This document shows, piece by piece, positions 1 through 6,266 of a stretch of 64,000 nt of DNA. The notes under the pieces were generated by a model. It did not search any database and was not told the DNA's origin. It saw only the letters and a program-made list of their open reading frames with translations. Both the position numbers and the translations under genes were made by a program. The DNA is from an uncultured virus (IMG/VR IMGVR_UViG_3300027708_000067) (Duplodnaviria > Heunggongvirae > Uroviricota > Caudoviricetes), in IMG/VR virus record IMGVR_UViG_3300027708_000067; one strand, written 5' to 3'. Position 1 is the first letter of the stretch. Each line of letters begins with the position of its first letter.

Positions 1-43
1 TTACTTTATTTAAAAAAAAAAAAAAAAAATATAGAAAAGAGTT

Positions 44-77
44 AAGTAAGGGGTACTACTAGTACTACTAGTACAAA
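44..77. repeat. Origin-like arm: three GTAC units with 9-bp period next to an A-rich tract; exact inverted copy of 6051-6084
   Basis: AAGTAAGGGGTACTACTAGTACTACTAGTACAAA is the reverse complement of 6051-6084 (34/34). Confidence 0.85.
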
Positions 78-192
78 TTTATAGCTAAGTCATTGATTTA
101 TATAGGGAGCCACAATTTTCACAAAAAATATAAAAACTTAGGCTTTGTGGGGCCCCAAGACCATGGCCCTCCCGAGAGGCTCAAAAAGGGGT

Positions 193-480
193 TGTGGTAT
201 AAAAACAACACCCCCCATAAGCATGCTTTCATATTGTGAAATGCAATCTCATAATGCGCAATGCACCACAATGGTGCGCGAAGTAAGCGCTCACTTACAT
301 TGCACCACAATGGTGCGCTAAGTTAGTGGCTACTAACCAATGCACCAACATGGGGCATGATGTTAGTGCGCACTAACCAATGCACCAAGATGGTGCGCTA
401 GGTTAGTGATGACTTACGTTAGTGATGACTAACTTACGCAGGCGCGAGGGGGGAGAAAGAGGTGTGGTGTAAATACAACA
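193..480. promoter_or_regulatory. Non-coding array of palindromic operator-like sites (4 NtrC-box-like, 5 GTTAGT-N4-ACTAAC-like, 2 TGTGGT-N6-ACAACA, 1-2 TTTCA-N5-TGAAA)
   Basis: Sites read directly: TGCACCA-N3-TGG(T/G)GC(G/A) at 262, 301, 341, 381; GT(T/A)AG-N6-CT(A/T)AC at 283, 322, 362, 402, 418; period 39-40 bp. Confidence 0.75.
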
Positions 481-600
481 ATAAGCCGTATCAACGCGCC
501 CCCAAAATGACAATCCAATAGGACGCGATTAGAGGCCGTTTTTAGCCGTTTTCCTGGTACTTGGGGTATAGGTATAGGACGGGTCACGATCTCGATTTAT

Positions 601-657
601 TAGGGTAAACCCTTAAGGGTTTATCCCTATTGAGTTACCAGGTAAAAGGCCGATAAT
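601..657 (+). promoter_or_regulatory. Candidate sigma-70 early promoter preceded by a near-perfect palindrome
   Basis: TAGGGTAAACCCTTAAGGGTTTATCCCTA (601-629), then TTGAGT-N16-GATAAT (630-657), upstream of the first early gene. Confidence 0.45.
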
Positions 658-690
658 AACTATATGGCAGGCAATAACGCAGGCCATTAC

Positions 691-713
691 TTGAGAGGAA
701 TTATCATCATGAC
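691..713 (+). repeat. 23-bp translation-initiation cassette, copy 1
   Basis: TTGAGAGGAATTATCATCATGAC (SD + ATG), identical at 691, 1017, 1353. Confidence 0.95.
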
Positions 714-984
714 AAAAAAGTACATTGCACAATTTAAAACCGGCGACCTGGTAAGAGCGCATGGCGGCATTTTCCGGGTCGCAGCAGACGCTAGAGAGAG
801 CCAATCTCACCGGCCTACATATTGGCAGAGCGGCAGCGGCCATATTGAATTACCAGGCGCCTGCCCGGTCGCGTACGCGCCGGCCGTATGCATTGAAGGC
901 GAGATCCCCGGGTATTTTAAACCCGGCAGCACTTGGGATTTCCAGGGCAATTTTTTAGCCGGCCAATATACCATTATTGATTAA
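709..984 (+). CDS. Early hypothetical protein
   Basis: ORF; start moved to the ATG following GAGAGGA in the repeated cassette. Confidence 0.75.
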   Translation: MTKKYIAQFKTGDLVRAHGGIFRVAADARESQSHRPTYWQSGSGHIELPGACPVAYAPAVCIEGEIPGYFKPGSTWDFQGNFLAGQYTIID

Positions 985-1016
985 TACCAGGCGGCCGCCA
1001 GGCCGCCGCTTAACTA

Positions 1017-1039
1017 TTGAGAGGAATTATCATCATGAC
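1017..1039 (+). repeat. 23-bp translation-initiation cassette, copy 2
   Basis: Identical to 691-713. Confidence 0.95.
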
Positions 1040-1256
1040 ATATAAACTAAATATAAAGCGCGATTTAGAGATCACGCCAATAACAGACGGCGAGGAATAT
1101 TTTTTATGGCTGCCTTGGGGTTATCGATTTTCTGATGACCTGGTACATTGTCGCGGGTTTGATACTATGGCCGAAGTGAAAGCGGCAGCGCGGCGCGATG
1201 TAATCGAATGCGACTGCCAGGAATGCGCAGAACATGAGCGCGGCACTAAAGTTTAG
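1035..1256 (+). CDS. Early hypothetical protein with C-terminal CxCxxC
   Basis: ORF after cassette SD; HC...ECDCQEC could bind metal. Confidence 0.75.
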   Translation: MTYKLNIKRDLEITPITDGEEYFLWLPWGYRFSDDLVHCRGFDTMAEVKAAARRDVIECDCQECAEHERGTKV

Positions 1257-1266
1257 TAAACCAGGC

Positions 1267-1301
1267 GGCAGCATACTAAGGGTTTGCCCTAGTATGCTGC
1301 C
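1267..1301. other. Intergenic 12-bp perfect stem-loop without U-tract
   Basis: GGCAGCATACTA / TAGTATGCTGCC; loop AGGGTTTGCCC resembles the 601-629 palindrome. Confidence 0.7.
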
Positions 1302-1352
1302 TGGCTGTAATGTATTAAATTAAAACCCTGGCAGCAATTAAGCGGCCAATAC

Positions 1353-1375
1353 TTGAGAGGAATTATCATCATGAC
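1353..1375 (+). repeat. 23-bp translation-initiation cassette, copy 3
   Basis: Identical to 691-713. Confidence 0.95.
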
Positions 1376-2021
1376 TATTAAACTAAGTAAAACAAGCAAA
1401 TTAGACGGCATTATGTCCTGGTCTCTTCAGGCCTTGGATACTTGTCCAGGCAGCAAGGCCAAGGACGGCGGCCTAGTGGACGCGTGTCGCGGCTGCTATG
1501 CCACAACTGGGAATTATCGTTTTAAGAATGTCAAAGCGCCGCGCGAATTCAATCGCGAAGACTGGCAGCGTCCTGACTGGGTAGAAGACATGGTGTCCGC
1601 GCTTGACTCTTCGCGATATTTTCGCTGGTTTGATAGCGGCGACATGTACGCGCTCGAATTGGCCGAGAAAATTCGTAAAGTAATGCTATTGACACCATGG
1701 TGTAATCATTGGCTGCCTACGCGCATGCATAAATTCGCTAAATTTGCGCCAGTCATTGCTAGCATGGAAATATTGCCGAATGTTGTAGTGCGCCGCTCTT
1801 CGGATAGCGTCAACGGCGGCACAATTGCCGGCGCGACATCCTCCACAATCATAAGCGGCCAGGATCAATTACCGGCCGGCGCGACATTGTGCCGCGCTTA
1901 TGAGCATGGCGGCACTTGTAACGGCTGCCGCGCATGTTATGACAAGGCCGCGCCAGTTATCGCCTATATGGCGCATGGTAAAAGCATGGCCAAGGTAATT
2001 CGTATTATGGAGGCGGCATAA
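1371..2021 (+). CDS. Gp88-like (GP88 family) Cys-rich phage protein
   Basis: LSKTSKL..SWSL..TCPG..C..CYA..GNY, YFRWFDSGD, HWLPTR and C-terminal C..C..CY motifs. Confidence 0.75.
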   Translation: MTIKLSKTSKLDGIMSWSLQALDTCPGSKAKDGGLVDACRGCYATTGNYRFKNVKAPREFNREDWQRPDWVEDMVSALDSSRYFRWFDSGDMYALELAEKIRKVMLLTPWCNHWLPTRMHKFAKFAPVIASMEILPNVVVRRSSDSVNGGTIAGATSSTIISGQDQLPAGATLCRAYEHGGTCNGCRACYDKAAPVIAYMAHGKSMAKVIRIMEAA

Positions 2022-2158
2022 TGTTTATTGTCTTTTATCGTTATCGCGGCGAAGAGTATAACGCAACATTTAACACCATCCGGAAGGCGAAGCAATTCGC
2101 CAGGATTACCGGCGGCACAATTGAGAGCCGCTTAACTAGTCATATTTGGGGGGTTTAA
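2021..2158 (+). CDS. Small early hypothetical protein (45 aa)
   Basis: TAATG coupling to upstream gene, GGAGG SD. Confidence 0.55.
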   Translation: MFIVFYRYRGEEYNATFNTIRKAKQFARITGGTIESRLTSHIWGV

Positions 2159-2160
2159 CT

Positions 2161-2454
2161 ATGTCGACATTGCACAAGGTCGCGACCATAGAATTAAATA
2201 GCAAGCGGCCGCCGTCCCATGCGCTCATTATGCGCATGGCAGGGGTTTACCTGGCGGCAGGCCATAAAGCCATAGATCTACAATGGCGCGGCCAGGCTAT
2301 AGAATTAACTTATCATGAGGCGCGGCGCGCCTGGTATGGCCTTGGATCCATAAACCAAGAGAGCGGCGGCAGGATAGCGCGCGAGTTAAATGAGATCCGG
2401 CAATTTGTATTAGATCACTTTCAGATTGTAACTATAGGGGCTAAAAATGCTTAA
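2161..2454 (+). CDS. Early hypothetical protein
   Basis: ORF, GGGGG SD before ATG 2161. Confidence 0.65.
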   Translation: MSTLHKVATIELNSKRPPSHALIMRMAGVYLAAGHKAIDLQWRGQAIELTYHEARRAWYGLGSINQESGGRIARELNEIRQFVLDHFQIVTIGAKNA

Positions 2455-2548
2455 TATTCTAATCTCATATATTACTAATCTATTAGGGTTTATTCTAATG
2501 TATTTTTTGTTTACGGCCTTTATATTGGCATTGTTTGATTGTTTATAA
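2447..2548 (+). CDS. Small hydrophobic membrane peptide (33 aa)
   Basis: MLNILISYITNLLGFILMYFLFTAFILALFDCL; AGGGG SD. Confidence 0.45.
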   Translation: MLNILISYITNLLGFILMYFLFTAFILALFDCL

Positions 2549-2559
2549 AAGGGGGTATT

Positions 2560-2703
2560 ATGTACTATTGCAACGGATATAAATTCCAGGACTACAACGA
2601 GGCGCGCCGGTATGCTGATTTTCTTTTAAATCATGCCGGCGTATATCGCGCTATTTTTACCCGCGCTGAGATTGAGGCGCATAATTTGGAGGTTTTATCA
2701 TGA
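2560..2703 (+). CDS. Small early hypothetical protein (47 aa)
   Basis: AGGGGG SD; ATGA overlap with next ORF. Confidence 0.55.
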   Translation: MYYCNGYKFQDYNEARRYADFLLNHAGVYRAIFTRAEIEAHNLEVLS

Positions 2704-3047
2704 TTAGATCTATACAAGCCATAGCAGCACAAGCGCGCCGGGAGAATGATATTAACGGCCTGCCATGCGGCGATTATGTTTATAAGGACATATGCGAAGA
2801 TCAGGCAAAGTATAGGGCAATTGAAGCAATGCCGAGCGCCGAGCAGATAGCGCAGCGCCAGGCAGCCAAGGAAGCAGAAAAAGCCGCTCGCATGCTGGCA
2901 GCCAAGACATTGACACCAGCAGAATTAGATCTTGCGATTAAAGTAATTGAAGCAGCGCGCCAAGATTCATTATGGAATACTAATAATGACATCCACTGGG
3001 AGCTTATCCCGATTTTATCTAAACTAAGGAGAATGTTAAATGATTAA
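2700..3047 (+). CDS. Early hypothetical protein
   Basis: ORF, GGAGG SD. Confidence 0.7.
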   Translation: MIRSIQAIAAQARRENDINGLPCGDYVYKDICEDQAKYRAIEAMPSAEQIAQRQAAKEAEKAARMLAAKTLTPAELDLAIKVIEAARQDSLWNTNNDIHWELIPILSKLRRMLND

Positions 3048-3231
3048 TAATCCAATTATTACAATTGAGCGCACCGGCGGCGATGTAACGCCGTATAAAG
3101 TGCAATTTACTATCGAACAATTAGAGCTAATATATGACGCGCTAAACGATTACCCACAATGGAATGGCGACGAAGACGACAATCCGACTTCCGTCATTAT
3201 GAATAAACTTTACAATTTATTGGAGTATTAA
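3040..3231 (+). CDS. Early hypothetical protein
   Basis: ORF, AGGAG SD. Confidence 0.65.
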   Translation: MINNPIITIERTGGDVTPYKVQFTIEQLELIYDALNDYPQWNGDEDDNPTSVIMNKLYNLLEY

Positions 3232-3232
3232 A

Positions 3233-3460
3233 ATGACTGATTTAAAGCCATTAATTGACGCAACAATCAAGGCGCGTTATGTGCCGGAATACCAGGCGGG
3301 TATATCAGACGCAGAAGCTTTAGGCGCCATGATATCGACCTATTTTAGATGGGACGGTATTCAGATATTGAATGCTTTTCAGTTCGCGCTAGAAGACGCT
3401 AATTTTCATAGTATTAATGAGCAAATCAACACTATCAGGGAAAAGGAAGATTTATTATGA
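3233..3460 (+). CDS. Early hypothetical protein
   Basis: ORF, GGAG SD. Confidence 0.7.
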   Translation: MTDLKPLIDATIKARYVPEYQAGISDAEALGAMISTYFRWDGIQILNAFQFALEDANFHSINEQINTIREKEDLL

Positions 3461-3759
3461 TTACATTAAACGACATCAATACAATTGAATGCGACGAAGA
3501 GGCGAGCATAGAAGAGTATTATCTCGCCATTCAAAAAACCATTAATTTCGGCTTATGGAGTATGCAGGGCTCTTATGGTCGAGCTATGATGGACGCAATT
3601 AGCGCCGGTTTATGTATGCTAGGACGAGACCAGGCGCGCGATTATTACGGCAATACTATTCCGTCTCGCGATGATGTAAAACCAGGAACTAAAGGCAGCT
3701 ATCAATTTGTAGTAGATGAGCGCGGCCTGGAATGGGCCGATTTTATGCTGGAGGTATGA
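3457..3759 (+). CDS. Conserved-type phage hypothetical protein
   Basis: W.MQGSYGR.MMD.I..G motif; ATGA coupling. Confidence 0.7.
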   Translation: MITLNDINTIECDEEASIEEYYLAIQKTINFGLWSMQGSYGRAMMDAISAGLCMLGRDQARDYYGNTIPSRDDVKPGTKGSYQFVVDERGLEWADFMLEV

Positions 3760-3980
3760 TGAGCTATTCTAAAAGAGTCATTAGTAAAACTTCACCATGC
3801 GAAGAATGCCAGCATAAATATAAATGCGAAGAGAATCGCCTGGCCTGCAGTCAGTTCAGGTATTTTGTTAATACCGGCGCAATATCAGAGGCAATTAGTC
3901 GTATGCCAACACGAAAGATTTATGTAGACATTTTTTATACTGAACCTCAAATGCACAGAAAGGAAACAATATGCGAGTAG
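3756..3980 (+). CDS. Cys-rich hypothetical protein (PCxxCxxxxxC...C)
   Basis: GGAGG SD; ATGA coupling. Confidence 0.65.
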   Translation: MMSYSKRVISKTSPCEECQHKYKCEENRLACSQFRYFVNTGAISEAISRMPTRKIYVDIFYTEPQMHRKETICE

Positions 3981-4180
3981 GCACAATTTATTACAATGAA
4001 AATACAGATACAACAAAAATAAAATGGGCTGATCCATTTGTTGTATCGCGTAGAATTACTAAACTTGATATCTTAAAAGATGCTCAAGGCATTACCTGGA
4101 CAGCATATGATTATGTGCACGAGCACCATGCCGGCAAAGATAACGGCGATGGGTATATTCCTGAAATAATTGGAGGCTAA
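3971..4180 (+). CDS. Early hypothetical protein
   Basis: ORF, AAGGA SD. Confidence 0.6.
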   Translation: MRVGTIYYNENTDTTKIKWADPFVVSRRITKLDILKDAQGITWTAYDYVHEHHAGKDNGDGYIPEIIGG

Positions 4181-4338
4181 TGATGAAACCATGGAAAAAT
4201 CAAAAAGCAGAGCAACCTCTTGACGCATTCATTGAAGATGAATACAGCGATGATGAAATGCAATATATGGCCTATATGGACGACATGAAAGAAAATCGAA
4301 TTGATGATGACGACTATAGAGTGGAGAAGATGAAATGA
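4180..4338 (+). CDS. Small very acidic protein (52 aa)
   Basis: GGAGG SD, TAATG coupling; 16 Asp/Glu. Confidence 0.55.
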   Translation: MMKPWKNQKAEQPLDAFIEDEYSDDEMQYMAYMDDMKENRIDDDDYRVEKMK

Positions 4339-4450
4339 TTAAAGACCACGCAATTGAATTTAAAAATGTATATACCATGCTGCTATGGCTGCAGGAAAAC
4401 AATATAGAGCAATTACCAGTAACATTAGTACTACACCTAGGAGAAAAGAA

Positions 4451-4624
4451 ATGTATACATTAGACATAGAAGATTTATTGATTGTATTGCGCGCATTATA
4501 TTGGTATGACGACAAATTGAGTAATACGGAGCGGGATATAGGTCGGGACATCTATGAACGCGACAAAGTAATGAATTTGCGCACTCAATTAGGCAATTTA
4601 CTTAAAGCAGAGGCAAAAATTTAA
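4451..4624 (+). CDS. Early hypothetical protein
   Basis: AGGAG SD before ATG 4451. Confidence 0.6.
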   Translation: MYTLDIEDLLIVLRALYWYDDKLSNTERDIGRDIYERDKVMNLRTQLGNLLKAEAKI

Positions 4625-4745
4625 TGCAAATTAAATACGATGATTTTGGCCAGGTAGTATGGCAAGAACCGGCCAAGATAAAACGAAAGCCGCAAAAAAT
4701 ACAATTTATGGAAACATACAAACTACTTGGAAAGGCTTTATTTTA

Positions 4746-4892
4746 ATGAATTTAATAGGTGGATTTTTATTTTTACCCGTTTTGCTAGTAGTAAATGTAG
4801 TTAAATGCTTATGGTGGATTGTATCTAATGCTTGGTGGGCTGTGTTAATTTTATGTATATATGCATTATACAAACATTATGCACCAAAATAG
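4746..4892 (+). CDS. Small membrane protein
   Basis: Two hydrophobic stretches. Confidence 0.45.
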   Translation: MNLIGGFLFLPVLLVVNVVKCLWWIVSNAWWAVLILCIYALYKHYAPK

Positions 4893-4949
4893 GGCATAAA
4901 TTTCGCCATGTGGTATAATAGGGGTTCATGCACAAAAATGAACCCCTAT
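4880..4949 (+). promoter_or_regulatory. Promoter of the phage sigma gene: NtrC-like box, extended -10, 12-bp inverted repeat over the start
   Basis: TGCACCAAAATAGGGCA 4880-4896; TGGTATAAT 4911-4919; ATAGGGGTTCAT/ATGAACCCCTAT 4918-4949. Confidence 0.65.
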
Positions 4950-5514
4950 GAACGAAAACGACATTCTTAGTAACTACCTACAATCCTTGTATGGTATAGA
5001 ACCCTTATCTATTGACGAAGAGCATGATCTCGCTAAGCGCATACAAGCAGGCGATGACGATGCCCTAGACAAGTTAATAATCCACAACCTTAGATTTGTA
5101 GTGTATATAGTGCGGCAGATGACCGCCTGGAACCATGGTAAGGTGCCAGTCGAGGACATGATTGGTATGGGTAATGAAGCCCTATTGATGGCGGGCAGAC
5201 GATGGAAACCAAAGAACAGGGCTAAATTTGCGACCTATGCTAAATCCTTTATAGAAAAGGGAGTGCGTAGGGAGCTAGACAATACCGCCAATATCATTCG
5301 ACTACCCGTCAATATTATGGAGCTAGTTAAACGAATGAACTACAACCATAGGGCATTATCCCAAATACTAGGGCGCAACCCTAAACCACAAGAGCTGGCC
5401 AAGATCATGGGTATATCGGTATCTAAGCTAAGCCAAATACAGGGTTATGTATTAAGAGAACCCGTATCAATAGACAATTTAAATCAAGAAAAGTTGGAGG
5501 AGAACGATGATTAA
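4948..5514 (+). CDS. RNA polymerase sigma-70 family factor, regions 1.2-2-3 only (no region 4)
   Basis: YL..L...EPLS.DEE..LA..IQ.GD..A..KLI..NLRFVV; EDMI..GN..L; KFATYA; IRLP; LGR.P...ELA..MG; ends just after EPVSID. Confidence 0.9.
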   Translation: MNENDILSNYLQSLYGIEPLSIDEEHDLAKRIQAGDDDALDKLIIHNLRFVVYIVRQMTAWNHGKVPVEDMIGMGNEALLMAGRRWKPKNRAKFATYAKSFIEKGVRRELDNTANIIRLPVNIMELVKRMNYNHRALSQILGRNPKPQELAKIMGISVSKLSQIQGYVLREPVSIDNLNQEKLEENDD

Positions 5515-5812
5515 ATTAAATTACGAGCAGCAAAAGGCGTATGACCGGTTTATTAGAGCCAGGAACAGGGTGTATGGTCGAAAAGGTAAATGGGTGCGAG
5601 CAGCAGACTATACCTCCACAGTAGATATAGTTGGTTTAAACCATCCCCTTTTTGAATTGAATGAAGAATACCAAGAGTATAAAGACGCGTTTAAACAATG
5701 GCTGGCAGTTGAACCCACTTTCAGGCACGAAGAAAGGATGCGCGCTAGTCGTGGGGATTACGGCACGATGGATAGTTGGGATGATAAACCAAGCAAAATC
5801 AAGGAGTTATGA
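5507..5812 (+). CDS. Hypothetical protein
   Basis: ORF, GGAGGAG SD. Confidence 0.7.
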   Translation: MIKLNYEQQKAYDRFIRARNRVYGRKGKWVRAADYTSTVDIVGLNHPLFELNEEYQEYKDAFKQWLAVEPTFRHEERMRASRGDYGTMDSWDDKPSKIKEL

Positions 5813-6003
5813 TGAAAGTAGTATTAACTGACATATTCGATAAGGATGGAAACCTATTAAAAATTGATGTCCACGACTTAGAAGGGCAATTCGTCATCCA
5901 AATTGTATGGGATGAGAACGATGAGCAAACCAGTGAAAACCGCAAAGAATTTCGCAAGTGGGCAAATCGCCAGCTAAAACAGCGTGATTACGATCCTCAA
6001 TAA
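5809..6003 (+). CDS. Hypothetical protein
   Basis: ORF, AAGGAG SD, ATGA coupling. Confidence 0.7.
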   Translation: MMKVVLTDIFDKDGNLLKIDVHDLEGQFVIQIVWDENDEQTSENRKEFRKWANRQLKQRDYDPQ

Positions 6004-6050
6004 TCCTCTTAATAGGCTTAATTTTTTTGAAAATCAAAATTTTAGAAATT

Positions 6051-6170
6051 TTTGTACTAGTAGTACTAGTAGTACCCCTTACTTCACTTCTTTTTATATT
6101 TTTTAATTAATAAAAATAAAAATAAAGAAAGAAGTAGATAAGGGGGTACAAGTGGTACTACTGGTACAAA
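6051..6170. repeat. Putative replication origin: inverted arms of 3 x GTAC (9-bp period) around an AT-rich core
   Basis: GTAC at 6054/6063/6072 and 6146/6155/6164; very AT-rich spacer; directly upstream of the primase-helicase. Confidence 0.7.
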
Positions 6171-6225
6171 TGATAACTTTTGGTTATAAAACGTCAATTC
6201 TATATAACTAAAGTGTATAAAACAC

Positions 6226-6237
6226 TTTGCATTAGTA
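6226..6237 (+). promoter_or_regulatory. Phage promoter motif, -10-like element only (middle class)
   Basis: TTTGCATTAGTA about 30 bp before the primase ATG; no upstream GGGCG. Confidence 0.75.
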
Positions 6238-6266
6238 TGTGGTAAGATGTCGGAAAAGGAGAGAAT

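Noticed and set aside
12..29. Poly-A run as a functional feature by itself
   Set aside because: Homopolymer at the window edge with unreliable length; treated as part of the AT-rich origin-like core
262..433. CRISPR array
   Set aside because: The would-be spacers are themselves conserved palindromes, the period is only about 40 bp, and there is no cas operon (the Cas4-like gene is a standard replication exonuclease)
480..700. Sigma-54 promoter served by the NtrC-like boxes
   Set aside because: The best candidate TGGCAGGCAATAACGC has GG-N11-GC rather than GG-N10-GC and lacks TTGC
664..1370. Upstream starts giving the shared peptide MRGIIIMT
   Set aside because: The shared peptide is just the translated RBS cassette; true starts are the ATGs at 709, 1035 and 1371
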